From contig OY776562.1 in the NCBI GenBank assembly GCA_963675785.1, positions 2,048,001-2,112,000 of the forward strand: a stretch of DNA of 64,000 nt, in the 5' to 3' direction. The notes below the pieces were generated by a model. That model was not told the origin of the DNA, made no database searches, and saw only the letters and a list, made by a program, of their open reading frames with translations. The position numbers and the translations under genes are program-made. Source of the DNA: Anaerolineae bacterium (GTDB lineage: Bacteria; Chloroflexota; Anaerolineae; UBA1429). Each line of letters opens with the position of its first letter. The first letter of the stretch is position 1. Below, piece by piece: positions 40,317 to 50,785 of the stretch.

Positions 40317-40748
40317 ATGCTGCAAGTGAACTTTTATCAGCATATCGATGATGCACTGCTCAAGTTCGCCGTGATCGTCTCGGAATACAATGAGAAGTGG
40401 ATCTTTTGCAAGCACAACCAAAGGGACACCTACGAAATCCCAGGCGGACACAGAGAGCTGGGCGAGACGATTCTGCAAACCGCCCAAAGAGAACTGGTAG
40501 AAGAAACCGGTGCATGCCGGTTTGATATCTATCCCGTCTGCATCTATTCAGTGCAGGAAGACGAAGAGACATTTGGCATGCTCTATTATGCCCATATCAG
40601 CGAACTGGGAGATTTGCCAGATTCCGAGATAGAGCGAATTGAGCTATTCGACTCACTCCCCGATAAACTGACCTACCCTCAGATTCAGCCCTATTTGTTC
40701 GACCGGATCATATCCTTTATATCCAACGCTCAATCAGAAACCGCCTAG
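40317..40748 (+). CDS. NUDIX hydrolase
   Basis: Nudix box [23 protein letters not shown]. Confidence 0.9.
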   Translation: MLQVNFYQHIDDALLKFAVIVSEYNEKWIFCKHNQRDTYEIPGGHRELGETILQTAQRELVEETGACRFDIYPVCIYSVQEDEETFGMLYYAHISELGDLPDSEIERIELFDSLPDKLTYPQIQPYLFDRIISFISNAQSETA

Positions 40749-41914
40749 AGTAAATCAGCAAAGCTCGTGCCGTATTCAGGTTTCTCAACACGTAGCCATT
40801 CAGCGACCGTCGCTGCCAAATCCGCATACATGGGACGCGTCCCCAAGTTCGTACCAGACTGAATGGCCTTGCCATAAACTAGCAGCGGCACCAACTCCCG
40901 CGAGTGATCGGTGCTGGGTGTTGTCGGATCGCAACCATGATCCGCTGTCAGCATCAATACCTCATCATCCCGCAAGGCATCTACGATCTCTGGCAATCGC
41001 CTATCAAAAGCCTCCAAAGCATCGGCATAGCCGCGAGGATTGTTGCGGTGACCGTAACGCATGTCAAAATCGACCAAGTTCGTGAAAATGAGCCCGTTTT
41101 TGCCCGTGTTCATATAGTCGAGCGTCTTGTCCACGCCATCCATGTTGTCATGGGTGTGTACGGCCTCAGTAATACCCTGGCCCGCAAAAATATCCTCAAT
41201 TTTACCTACCGCCATGACAGGCAGACCAGCGGCAACAATGTGGTCAAGCAGAGTTGGGCCTGGGGGCAATGCGGAAAAATCTCGACGTCGGTCAGTGCGT
41301 GTAAAGTTGCCCGGTTCGCCAATAAAGGGACGGGCAATGACGCGGCCAACATTGTGTTCCCCGGTCAGAATCTCACGGGCAATACGGCAGATGCGGTACA
41401 ACTCGTCGATGGGAATAACCTCTTCGTGGGCGGCAATCTGAAAAACACTGTCACCTGAGGTATAAACGATAGGGTAACCCGTCGCCATATGCTCAGGTCC
41501 CAATTCCTCGATGATGACCGTGCCCGAGGCGGGATAATTGCCTAACGATTTGCGCCCGATACGCCGCTCAAACTCAGAAATAACCTCGGGCGGAAAGCCA
41601 TGGGGATAGGTGGGCAACGGTGTTCTGGAAACTTGTCCCATCAATTCCCAATGACCAATGGTAGTGTCTTTGCCGGCGGATACTTCCTGAAGCTTGCCAA
41701 ACGCCGCCGTGGCAAATGAGGTGGGCGGTACGCCCTCAATCTCGACGATATTACCCAGGCCCATGGCACTCAGATTGGGCATATGTAGGCCTTTCACGGC
41801 GCGCGCCGTGTTGCCCAGCGTGTTACTACCGGCATCGCCAAAAGCAGCCGAATCGGGGGCTTCACCAGCACCTACGCTATCCAGTACGATAACAGTTACT
41901 CTATGAATGATCAT
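40745..41914 (-). CDS. deoB: Phosphopentomutase
   Basis: [38 protein letters not shown]. Confidence 0.95.
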   Translation of the reverse strand: MIIHRVTVIVLDSVGAGEAPDSAAFGDAGSNTLGNTARAVKGLHMPNLSAMGLGNIVEIEGVPPTSFATAAFGKLQEVSAGKDTTIGHWELMGQVSRTPLPTYPHGFPPEVISEFERRIGRKSLGNYPASGTVIIEELGPEHMATGYPIVYTSGDSVFQIAAHEEVIPIDELYRICRIAREILTGEHNVGRVIARPFIGEPGNFTRTDRRRDFSALPPGPTLLDHIVAAGLPVMAVGKIEDIFAGQGITEAVHTHDNMDGVDKTLDYMNTGKNGLIFTNLVDFDMRYGHRNNPRGYADALEAFDRRLPEIVDALRDDEVLMLTADHGCDPTTPSTDHSRELVPLLVYGKAIQSGTNLGTRPMYADLAATVAEWLRVEKPEYGTSFADLL

Positions 41915-41949
41915 GGGGCTCCTTTGCCTTGAGACACTCATATATGGAT

Positions 41950-43071
41950 TTATATTGCTCCTGCTGCCCTAAGTCTTGCTTCAATCTCTAGCATCACTTC
42001 CAATCTGCCGCGCGTTGCAGGATTAGGTGGCAAAAAGGGGCATGACTCTTCGGCGCGCGTCGAAATATCGAACGTACCAATGCGGCGCGCCAAATCAATG
42101 ATCTCGGTCTTGTCATAGCCGATCAGGGGGCGGAGAATAGGCACGGGCATGCCATGTGTAATCAACGTCATGTTGGAAAGGGTTTGGCTGGCAACCTGGC
42201 CCAGATTATCACCCATAACAACGGCTTCGGCACCCAGTTCTTGTGCCATGGCACAAGCCCGCGAGACAATGGCACGCTTGCAAAAGACGCAGGTCCAGCG
42301 GCGCTCGTGCATTTCATCCAAAGCCTTGACGATGGGTTCCAGTACCTCAAAATGAGAAGCAACCTCAGGGCGCATGGTCCAGCCATAGCCGTACTGCTCT
42401 AGCACTGCAATGTTGTCCATGGTTTTGGCCGTCTCGATCTCGTTCTGCGAGAAATGCAACGGCACGATGCCGCAGCCGCGCCGCATCATTAGCCAGGCCG
42501 CCACAGGTGAATCAATGCCGCCCGACATGAGTGCTACCACTCGCCCCTCAATACCAAGAGGCAGACCACCTGGGGCCGGATAGTTGGCGCCAAACACGAG
42601 CACGCTATCAACCGTAATCTCAACACCGATAGTCACATCAGCATTTTTCGAAAGATCCACCTTGCCGCCTAGTTCGCGAACGATAGCTTCGCCTGCCAGG
42701 CGGTCAATCTCGGGTGACGTGAGGGGAAAGCGCTTGTCTGACCGACGCGAACGAACGCGAAAACTCATAGCGGGGTTTACCTTGGCCCGCATGGCTTGCG
42801 CCACACATTCCTGAATGATGGCATCGATATTGCGGGCCACCTCAATCACCGGGCTCAAAGAGACAAAACCAAAGACACGCTGGAGATGGGGAATAGCCTC
42901 ATCCACAGCATCGGTTTCGACATACACGCGACTGCGAGTGGAGTAGACGGAACCTTGAATACCGTTCTTTTTGAGGCAGTCACGGGCATTCTGCCGCAAC
43001 TTGCGTACAAAGCGGCTCTGGTTCTTACCCTTGAGCCCAACTTCTCCATAACGCAACAATATCAAACCCAT
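41950..43071 (-). CDS. thiI: tRNA 4-thiouridine synthase (THUMP + PP-loop, no rhodanese domain)
   Basis: [35 protein letters not shown]. Confidence 0.92.
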   Translation of the reverse strand: MGLILLRYGEVGLKGKNQSRFVRKLRQNARDCLKKNGIQGSVYSTRSRVYVETDAVDEAIPHLQRVFGFVSLSPVIEVARNIDAIIQECVAQAMRAKVNPAMSFRVRSRRSDKRFPLTSPEIDRLAGEAIVRELGGKVDLSKNADVTIGVEITVDSVLVFGANYPAPGGLPLGIEGRVVALMSGGIDSPVAAWLMMRRGCGIVPLHFSQNEIETAKTMDNIAVLEQYGYGWTMRPEVASHFEVLEPIVKALDEMHERRWTCVFCKRAIVSRACAMAQELGAEAVVMGDNLGQVASQTLSNMTLITHGMPVPILRPLIGYDKTEIIDLARRIGTFDISTRAEESCPFLPPNPATRGRLEVMLEIEARLRAAGAI

Positions 43072-43191
43072 CGCATGTATGCTCCCCATAAACTGTTTAC
43101 TTGATTATAGGCTGAGTGCTGCGCCCCCACCAAATGAAAACGGAGCAGAATCAAGATTCTGCTCCGTTCCATCAACTACAAACAAAAGGTG

Positions 43192-44130
43192 TTAGGCGTT
43201 GGCCTCAATGGTAGACTTGGACTTGCGAAGCCAGGGCCATTCGCGGTTGTTCCACACCACCAACATGGGCGTGGCAAAGAACAACGAAGAGTACGTGCCG
43301 ATGCCCATGCCCACCAACATGGTGATCATGAACTGCCGGGTGGTATCACCACCAAAGAGAGCAATGGCCAACATGATAAAAATAGCATTCAACTGCGTAG
43401 CCAGTGACCGGTGCAGTGTCTCGAGCAGGCTGCGATTGACAATCGTCTCATAGTTTTCAGTGCGACGACGGGTGATATTCTCGCGAATCCGGTCAAAGAC
43501 GACGATGACGTCTTGAACAGAGAAGCCGAGCACCGTCAACGCAGCAGTAAGGAACATCGTATCGATTTCCCACCCTGCAACAAGCCCCATGATGCTGGCA
43601 AAACCCAGCAAAAAGAGCACGTCATGCATCATCTTGAAAATGGCGATAGCTCCATAACGGCCAGCATGAGGCACCTTGTGGAAAGCCATAGCGACAAAAG
43701 CCAAGATAGCCACCGAAGTCGCCAAAAAAGCTAGTCCAGCCGCACGTGCAGTTTCTTGCCCAACAGCAGGACCGACACTGTTGAACTGCCGCTCTGTAGC
43801 CTCACCAAAAGCCTCGGCCAGTGCAGCGACGATGACACCCTTTTCTTCAATCGACATTGTCTTGGTGCGAATACTGATCGTATTATCAGAGCCAATGGTA
43901 TTGATAGTAGGATCGGAATAGCCCAATTCTGACACAATATCGCGGGCCACTTCGATATCTACCTCATTTGCAAAACTCACTTCCAACACCGAGCCACCGA
44001 CAAAATCAATACCGAGCTGCCAGGGCGACCCCGAATTGATCGTGGAATAGAGCATGGCAATCAGGCCTGGGATAATGAGGATGGCCGAGATGAGAAAATA
44101 CCACTTGCGCTTTTCAACCAACTGAAACAT
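43192..44130 (-). CDS. secF: Protein translocase subunit SecF
   Basis: LGIDFVGG, VGPAVG, DVIVVFDRIREN, GTYSS. Confidence 0.95.
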   Translation of the reverse strand: MFQLVEKRKWYFLISAILIIPGLIAMLYSTINSGSPWQLGIDFVGGSVLEVSFANEVDIEVARDIVSELGYSDPTINTIGSDNTISIRTKTMSIEEKGVIVAALAEAFGEATERQFNSVGPAVGQETARAAGLAFLATSVAILAFVAMAFHKVPHAGRYGAIAIFKMMHDVLFLLGFASIMGLVAGWEIDTMFLTAALTVLGFSVQDVIVVFDRIRENITRRRTENYETIVNRSLLETLHRSLATQLNAIFIMLAIALFGGDTTRQFMITMLVGMGIGTYSSLFFATPMLVVWNNREWPWLRKSKSTIEANA

Positions 44131-44151
44131 GAGTCCTCCTCGTTCCCGCTG

Positions 44152-45495
44152 CTAGACGCCCAAAAGCCACTTTTTGCTGCGGAGCTCTTCTCCCGTCAGC
44201 GCGAACGTTGCCTTGAGTAATGTACGCGTTACGGTAACCGCGGTGAACATGTTGACGGCCACACCGATGGCCAGAGTGAGTGCAAATCCCTTTACCGAGC
44301 TAGCGCCAAAGCTGCCGCCAAAGGCATACAGAATGGCGCAGGTGATCCATGTCGAGATGTTTGAATCAAGAATGGATGACCAGGCACGCTTAAAGCCTGA
44401 AGTAATGGCCCGATCCAGAGAACGCCCTGCACGAAGCTCTTCACGCATACGCTCAAAGATAAGGATGTTGGCGTCAACAGCCATCCCCAAAGAAAGCAGG
44501 AAACCGGCAATACCAGGTAGTGTGATCGTCACCGGAATGAGCTTGTAAAGAGACATCGTGATCAGGCCGTTCATAAGCAAGGCAACATCAGCAAGTGCGC
44601 CGGGCAACCTGTAATAAATGACCATGAACAGAAAGACCACGACCACGCCAATGATACCGGCACGAACGCTCTTGCTCACCGAGTCCTCACCCAACGTGGG
44701 GCCAACTTCTTGGGTGTCAATCACTGTGAGAGGAACAGGCAGTGCGCCATAGCGCAGTTGCAGCACCAGGTTTTGCGCTTCTTCCAATGTAAAGCTGCCC
44801 TGGATAACGCCCTGACCATCAGGAATAGTGCTGCTAATGACGGGGCAAGAGATGACTTCACCGTCCAACACGATGGCAACATACTCATTCGTATGGTTAG
44901 CCGTGTGCTCGGCAAAGATATCAGCACCTTCGGAATCAAGCTCAAAACTGATCATCGGCGTGTTGGTATCATCAAGGGCGACCTGAGCTGTTTTGAGATT
45001 GCTACCAGAAAGGATAGCATCATAGATTGGACCATCGGGGTCATCCAGGTTGACGTCCAAACCCGTGTTCAGGTCAGTACGAACCAATGTGCCCGGTGCA
45101 ACATAGGTAGAACCCGTATCCACCCATTCCATAAGACCCGTCTCACGAAGCATAGCTATAGCTGCCTCGGGATCTTCCAGACCCGGCAATTCGACCTGAA
45201 TACGGTCGGTGCCCACGCGTTGAACCACAGGCTCGGTAACACCGAGACCATTAACACGATTCTCAACGATGCTGCGGGCAGCATCCATCGCGTCAGAATC
45301 TAATTCTTGCCCTTCAGCAAGATCAGCCTGCAAGAGGATCTGAATGCCTCCCTGAAGGTCTAGTCCCTGATGGATAGAAATGTCTGTGTCGATGCCCAAA
45401 AAATGCAACCCAGGGTCAGTCGGCCAGGCAATCCATCCGGCACAAAGCGCCAGGACGGCGATGAAAATGAGTAACCGCTTGTCTCGTTGCTGCAT
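44152..45495 (-). CDS. secD: Protein translocase subunit SecD
   Basis: GLDLQGG, RVNGLGVTEP, GALP, GMAVDANILIFERMREE. Confidence 0.95.
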   Translation of the reverse strand: MQQRDKRLLIFIAVLALCAGWIAWPTDPGLHFLGIDTDISIHQGLDLQGGIQILLQADLAEGQELDSDAMDAARSIVENRVNGLGVTEPVVQRVGTDRIQVELPGLEDPEAAIAMLRETGLMEWVDTGSTYVAPGTLVRTDLNTGLDVNLDDPDGPIYDAILSGSNLKTAQVALDDTNTPMISFELDSEGADIFAEHTANHTNEYVAIVLDGEVISCPVISSTIPDGQGVIQGSFTLEEAQNLVLQLRYGALPVPLTVIDTQEVGPTLGEDSVSKSVRAGIIGVVVVFLFMVIYYRLPGALADVALLMNGLITMSLYKLIPVTITLPGIAGFLLSLGMAVDANILIFERMREELRAGRSLDRAITSGFKRAWSSILDSNISTWITCAILYAFGGSFGASSVKGFALTLAIGVAVNMFTAVTVTRTLLKATFALTGEELRSKKWLLGV

Positions 45496-45560
45496 ACAGT
45501 CGGTCTCCTCAGAGTAATGGATGAACGACACATGTCGCCCAATGGCATAATATCATTAGG

Positions 45561-45588
45561 ATTATAGACTCTGCCCACGGTGGGTCAA
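45561..45588 (-). promoter_or_regulatory. Sigma70 promoter of secDF
   Basis: TTGACC-16bp-TATAAT. Confidence 0.65.
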
Positions 45589-45602
45589 ATGCAGTCGCAA
45601 GT

Positions 45603-46004
45603 CTACGCTAGAGTAATACATTTGTCGTTCAGAAAGCCAAGAGCGGCATCACAAACTTGCTGGGGAGACAGTGAATCAGTGTCGATGACAAGGTCGGCGT
45701 GTTGACGGGCATGATCGAGGCGAGCCTGCTGCCGATGAACCACAAGGGCATAGAACCCCATTTCTCGGCGGCTCAAGGCGACATCGGGAGATACATCGAG
45801 AAAGATAAGGTACTCGGGACGAGTAAGGCGCTGCCACATATTGGGGATATCACTGTGTTCCTGGCCGCATTGGTGGGCATCATAGCCCAGGGCACACAGA
45901 AACTCGACCAGCGTACTCTTGCCAGACGCACAAGGGCCCACCACCGCAATTCTTCCAGATATTGGCGGCGGTATTGCATGACGAGCATCCTGCTTTTGGA
46001 GCAT
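45603..46004 (-). CDS. Small P-loop nucleotide-kinase-like protein
   Basis: VVGPCASGKSTL, LIFLDVS, ADLVIDT. Confidence 0.75.
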   Translation of the reverse strand: MLQKQDARHAIPPPISGRIAVVGPCASGKSTLVEFLCALGYDAHQCGQEHSDIPNMWQRLTRPEYLIFLDVSPDVALSRREMGFYALVVHRQQARLDHARQHADLVIDTDSLSPQQVCDAALGFLNDKCITLA

Positions 46005-46028
46005 GACACTCACCTCTTACGGCGCATG

Positions 46029-46760
46029 CTAAATCGGAAAGGTTACCGACATTCTGCGTATATCAATATCTTGAAGGGACTCGCGTACTGTTATTACCAT
46101 GACACTGGTATCATCAGTAGGCCGTCCGTGATCGGCGTCAATGGCAGCAGCCAGCAGAATATCTGCCAGTTCTTGGGCACTGTTCGTGCGAGCAGCATAT
46201 TCGGGCAGGATTGCTGCAAGATCAAGGGCGCCACCAGAACGCTCACCCGCTACACACATGCCATCACTAAAGGCCGCCACACACAGCCCCGCTTTTAGAG
46301 GAATCTCACGAATGACCGGCTTGGTGTCCGGATAGACTCCTACAGGAATGCTGGGCTCATTGATTATGTCTACTTGATTGCCGTACAGCACCAGAGCCGG
46401 GCAATGCGTATTCCGGGAGATGACCAGGGTTTGCGTGTTCAAATCAGCTGACACAATCACCAACTCGGCAGAGACGCTGCCGCTCCGGTGTGTGCGCAAA
46501 TAATCGTGTGCGGCACGAGCAGCTGCGCCATCACGTACACCTTCAGCCAACAAGGAGAGCGCCTTACGCACCACAATATTGCTGATCAACTTGGCATTGC
46601 GCCCGCTGCGTTGTCCGTCCGCTAAAACAACGGATAGCCCCCCCATGGGGCGCTCCACAAACTCGAGCGTGTCGCCGCTCTCTGAAGTGGCATACTTGGC
46701 CACTTTGGCCGCACCCACATCCACTACTAAACCTCGAATACCCAAATCTTTGTCTCCCAC
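46029..46760 (-). CDS. PP2C/SpoIIE-like protein phosphatase
   Basis: ESGD, LADGQ, FSDG, DDTS. Confidence 0.85.
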   Translation of the reverse strand: MGDKDLGIRGLVVDVGAAKVAKYATSESGDTLEFVERPMGGLSVVLADGQRSGRNAKLISNIVVRKALSLLAEGVRDGAAARAAHDYLRTHRSGSVSAELVIVSADLNTQTLVISRNTHCPALVLYGNQVDIINEPSIPVGVYPDTKPVIREIPLKAGLCVAAFSDGMCVAGERSGGALDLAAILPEYAARTNSAQELADILLAAAIDADHGRPTDDTSVMVITVRESLQDIDIRRMSVTFPI

Positions 46761-46874
46761 CAGACCAAACTGGGCTTATTTTACACCCCGCCTGCCTCAA
46801 TAACCAGTTTAGGCTTGACAGCCCCTGTCCCAATCATTAGCTTAACGAAAACATACTCGACAGGAGAATGCGTT

Positions 46875-47771
46875 ATGGCCGGTGAAACAATCGCCTTTAT
46901 TGGGCTGGGTATTATGGGCATGCCTATGGCTCGTCATCTGCTCAATGCTGGCTATCGCGTGGTGGGGCATAACCGCAGCCAGGGCAAAATGGATGCCTTT
47001 GCGGCACTGGGCGGTGAGACAGCGCCATCGAGCGCAGCTGCCGCGGCTGAGGCCAATATCGTCATCTCCATGGTGCCGGACTCACCCGACGTAGAGCTGG
47101 TTTACCTGAGCGAGGAGGGCGTGCTGAGTACGGCGCGACCGGGTACACTGCTCATCGACATGTCCACCATCTCGCCGGTTACAGCACAGCAGGTAGCCCA
47201 AGTTGCTAAAGCCAAGGGGTGCCCCATGCTCGATGCACCAGTGAGCGGCGGCCAGGTAGGCGCAGAAAACGCCCGACTCTCCATCATGGTGGGTGGTAAC
47301 GAACAAGATTTCGAGCGAGCGCGGCCCGTGTTCGAGGTATTGGGCACCCCCACGCTTTGCGGCCCCAGCGGCGCCGGGCAAACCGTCAAAGCCTGCAACC
47401 AAGTACAGGTGGCACTCAACTTTTTGGGGATGGCCGAAGCCCTGGTGCTGGGAGCCAGTGCGGGCGTCGATCCGGAGATCATTATCAAGGTGTTGAGTGG
47501 CGGCTATGCCCAAACGCGCGTGATGGATGTACGCGGTCCAGAGATCGTCAAGGGCAACTATCAGCCGGGGTTTAAAGCTCGTTTTCACTACAAGGATTTG
47601 AACATCGTCCGAGAGACGGCTCGCGCCTATGGCGCTTCGCTGCCTGCAGCCAACTTGGCCCATGAACTATTCACCGCCATGATGGCCAACGGCTGGGGAG
47701 ACCTCGACCATTCGGCAGTGGTCAAAGTCATCGAGATGCTCAGCGGCGTCGAACTATCCGTCAAAGCATGA
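46875..47771 (+). CDS. garR: 2-hydroxy-3-oxopropionate (tartronate semialdehyde) reductase
   Basis: FIGLGIMG, IDMSTI, LDAPVSGG, GAGQTVKACNQ, KDL. Confidence 0.85.
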   Translation: MAGETIAFIGLGIMGMPMARHLLNAGYRVVGHNRSQGKMDAFAALGGETAPSSAAAAAEANIVISMVPDSPDVELVYLSEEGVLSTARPGTLLIDMSTISPVTAQQVAQVAKAKGCPMLDAPVSGGQVGAENARLSIMVGGNEQDFERARPVFEVLGTPTLCGPSGAGQTVKACNQVQVALNFLGMAEALVLGASAGVDPEIIIKVLSGGYAQTRVMDVRGPEIVKGNYQPGFKARFHYKDLNIVRETARAYGASLPAANLAHELFTAMMANGWGDLDHSAVVKVIEMLSGVELSVKA

Positions 47772-47807
47772 AAAAGAAGGGGGGACTCGACGAGTCCCCC
47801 CCTTTTT
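47771..47807. terminator. Bidirectional terminator
   Basis: A-run, GGGGGGACTCG-a-CGAGTCCCCCC, T-run. Confidence 0.8.
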
Positions 47808-47811
47808 GTAT

Positions 47812-49023
47812 TTACTGCCAGGCTTGCTGAATCTTGAGTGCAGCCCAGGCAATATCTTCCATGTCGGCGGGTTGGCCCAGCAGCGCATACTGGGGCAGCC
47901 ATAATCCCCGCAGGCAAGCCTCGTTGGCTATCGGGCAAACCTCATCGGGCTCATCAGCCAAACCCAAATGCTTCCTAATAGCCCGGCGGCGCTCGGTAAC
48001 TACTGTGCTCTCATTGAGCGGCGCGCCATAGCCTACCGACAGGGGAATGCCCTCAGCTTTCATGGCACGAGCGAATTCGCCCGAGCTGTGCCCGCCAAAG
48101 GCTTCCGGCGTGTACCACATTTTGTACAGATGGTAGGCATTACAAGTAACGCGGGGATCGCCGGGCAGGGCGTCAAGGCCCTCTATCTCGCTAAACATCA
48201 TGGATAAAAGCGCCGCATTGGCGCTACGACGAGCATTTTGCTCATCCAGGCGAGCCAACTGGCAACGCAGTACCGCACCCTGCCATTCCGTCAGGCGATA
48301 GTTGCTGGCCAGGGTGATGTGCCCATACCAGGCGCCTTTGACAGCTCGCCCTACGTTATGCACCGACCAGACCTTTTCCCAATGAGCCTCGCTGTTGGTA
48401 ACGATGATGCCGGCCTCACCAGCGGTCATGTTCTTGCTGGCCTGAAAGCTAAAGGTGCCCATATCGCCGATGGCGCCCACCTTACGGCCCTGCCAAGTAG
48501 CGCCATGGGCCTGGGCCGCGTCCTCGATCACCACCAAGCCGTGGCGCCGGGCAATGGCGCAAATGGCGTCCATATCAGCCGGCTCACCGCCAATGTGCAC
48601 CGGGATGATAGCCCGAGTGCGCGGTGTTATGGCTGCTTCCACCTGCTCGGGATCCAGATTCCAGGTATCGGGCAGAATATCGACAAAGCGGGGAATAGCG
48701 CCCACCAGCAGCGGCGCGCTGGCCGTAGCGATAAAAGTATAGGGTGTGGTGATGACCTCATCCCCCCAATCGAGACCAGCAGCTAACAGGGCAACCTCGA
48801 TGGCCGCGCTGCCGTTGGTAACGGCCACGCCAAAAGCGGCATCCTGATAAGCAGCAAAATCACGCTCAAAGGCGTGAACCTGGGTGCCCTCTGGAGCCCA
48901 CCAATCGCCCGATTCGAGCACCTCATTCAGCACGTGGCGTTCCTCATCCCCCCAAATCGGCCAGCGAGGGAAAGCCTCGTCTCGAACGGGTTGTCCACCC
49001 TCAACTGCCAACCTCTCTACCAT
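47812..49023 (-). CDS. DegT/DnrJ/EryC1/StrS PLP-dependent aminotransferase
   Basis: IEDAAQAHGA, FSFQASKNMTAGEAG, NYRLTEWQ. Confidence 0.93.
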   Translation of the reverse strand: MVERLAVEGGQPVRDEAFPRWPIWGDEERHVLNEVLESGDWWAPEGTQVHAFERDFAAYQDAAFGVAVTNGSAAIEVALLAAGLDWGDEVITTPYTFIATASAPLLVGAIPRFVDILPDTWNLDPEQVEAAITPRTRAIIPVHIGGEPADMDAICAIARRHGLVVIEDAAQAHGATWQGRKVGAIGDMGTFSFQASKNMTAGEAGIIVTNSEAHWEKVWSVHNVGRAVKGAWYGHITLASNYRLTEWQGAVLRCQLARLDEQNARRSANAALLSMMFSEIEGLDALPGDPRVTCNAYHLYKMWYTPEAFGGHSSGEFARAMKAEGIPLSVGYGAPLNESTVVTERRRAIRKHLGLADEPDEVCPIANEACLRGLWLPQYALLGQPADMEDIAWAALKIQQAWQ

Positions 49024-49046
49024 GTGCTTCTCCTTTACACAAAACG

Positions 49047-49104
49047 AGGCCTTGTGCGGCCGCCCTGGGATTGTCTGGGGGGATAGGGCGACCGCACAAG
49101 GCCT
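49047..49104 (-). other. 20-bp inverted repeat with 18-nt C-rich loop (candidate sRNA or leader hairpin)
   Basis: Arms 49047-49066 and 49085-49104; the single mismatch is a G-U pair only on the minus strand. Confidence 0.6.
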
Positions 49105-49304
49105 ACGTGCGATATTCTAGCACATGGACTTGATGATGTCGCCGTTTTTTTCTTTCGGTTTACATATATTCCAAAAATCTCTATAAAGCGAGACGTTCAG
49201 CAAAGCAATGGGTTATCCAATGCAGATGAACAGCAGCAACAGGCTGCCCGTTGAACAATCAGGCCAGATGCTCTAATGTAGAAACATTGGTCGAAAGAGA
49301 AAAG

Positions 49305-50522
49305 ATGAAAAAACTCGCACGCCATGTCTCACTGAACGCGATCTTCTTTGGCCTCTCTTTTCTGTGGAACTCGTTACATCTACTGATCCTGCCGCTGATT
49401 CTGCTGCCCTTTGGCACCGAGACCACCAAGAATAGCCGACTGGGTTTGCTGACTTTTGTGGGACTGGTAGTGGCCATGTTGGTTCAGCCACTGGTAGGCA
49501 GCTGGAGCGACCGCACCAAACACCGCCACGGACGGCGTGCCCCATGGATCATCAGTGGGGTGCTGCTGGCCCTGCCGCTCATCCCCACCATCGGCCAGGC
49601 GCAAAGTCTGCTGGCTGTGTCGGCATGCTACATCCTTTTACAAATCGTCGGCAACAGCGCCATGGCCCCGGCACAGGGACTGATTCCCGACCATGTAGAT
49701 ATGGGCGAACGTGGCACCGCCAGCGGCATCAAGAATTTGTTGGACTTTTCCGGAGTGATCGCAGCCTCAGTAGTCATGGGCCTGCTGCTGGGAGGCCATA
49801 CGCCCAATATCAGCACTGCGCTATGGGTGTGCCTGGGCGTGCTAGCGGTCAGCGGACTCGTCAACGGCATCAGCGCCGCCCGACAGGCTGAGTTTGTCCC
49901 ATCTTCCTCCCTAGCCATCCCCAAGCAAATCCTGGACGCCGATGTAAAAAAGCACTATGCCCGACTGATGGGCTCCCGCTTTGCTCTACTTACCGCCACC
50001 TACTCGGTGCAGGCCTTTGGCCTCTATTATCTGCAGGACGTGCTGCACGCCGCCAACCCCGCCGCTGAGATGAGCACGCTGATGGCCATCATTGGCGTGG
50101 CTATTGTCCTTGTGGTGGTGCCAGCAGGCACGCTCTCGCAAAAGACCGGCCCACGGCGCCTGGCCATGATCGCTTGCGCCATGGTATCGCTCAGTCTGGT
50201 GGGGCTGGCCTTTGCCCAAAGCGTCTTGTTGGTGCGCATTCTTGGCGGCATCGTCGGGCTGGCCATGGGCGCCTTTCTCAGCAGCAACTGGGCCTGGGCT
50301 ACCTCACTCACCCCCTCTGAAACCGCCGGACGCTATTTGGGCCTGGCTAACATTGCCACGGCTGGCGCTGGCGCCACCTCGCGCCTCTCGGGATTAATCA
50401 TCGACGGCGTCAACAAGGTACAGCCCGGTAAGGGCTATATGGTGCTTTTCTTGCTGGGGGCTGTGTCCTGCGCGGTAGCCTTTGGGCTAAGTAAAAGTGT
50501 GAAGGAGCCGGGAGAATTTTAA
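49305..50522 (+). CDS. MFS transporter
   Basis: About 12 TMs; GSWSDRT.HRHGRR motif A. Confidence 0.9.
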   Translation: MKKLARHVSLNAIFFGLSFLWNSLHLLILPLILLPFGTETTKNSRLGLLTFVGLVVAMLVQPLVGSWSDRTKHRHGRRAPWIISGVLLALPLIPTIGQAQSLLAVSACYILLQIVGNSAMAPAQGLIPDHVDMGERGTASGIKNLLDFSGVIAASVVMGLLLGGHTPNISTALWVCLGVLAVSGLVNGISAARQAEFVPSSSLAIPKQILDADVKKHYARLMGSRFALLTATYSVQAFGLYYLQDVLHAANPAAEMSTLMAIIGVAIVLVVVPAGTLSQKTGPRRLAMIACAMVSLSLVGLAFAQSVLLVRILGGIVGLAMGAFLSSNWAWATSLTPSETAGRYLGLANIATAGAGATSRLSGLIIDGVNKVQPGKGYMVLFLLGAVSCAVAFGLSKSVKEPGEF

Positions 50523-50547
50523 CAGAGCGAACACGTCACGATAGGCC

Positions 50548-50581
50548 AAGCCCCTTCCCGACAAAGGAAGGGGCTTTTCTT
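50548..50581 (+). terminator. Intrinsic terminator
   Basis: AAGCCCCTTCC...GGAAGGGGCTTTT. Confidence 0.75.
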
Positions 50582-50785
50582 ATGGAATAAAGGAATCAAT
50601 CCACGTAAACAAATTGCAACATTTAGGTCTTTCAACCTTGCGCTTTCTTTATGATTGCTATAGTATCAATTTGTATGCAATTAGACAGATAAACTCTTGG
50701 GGAAGCACACTAAAAGAACATAAGAGGCTCCGCTTGCATATTAACTCGTAGCTGACACCGAACTCACATAGAAGAAAGCTACCCA

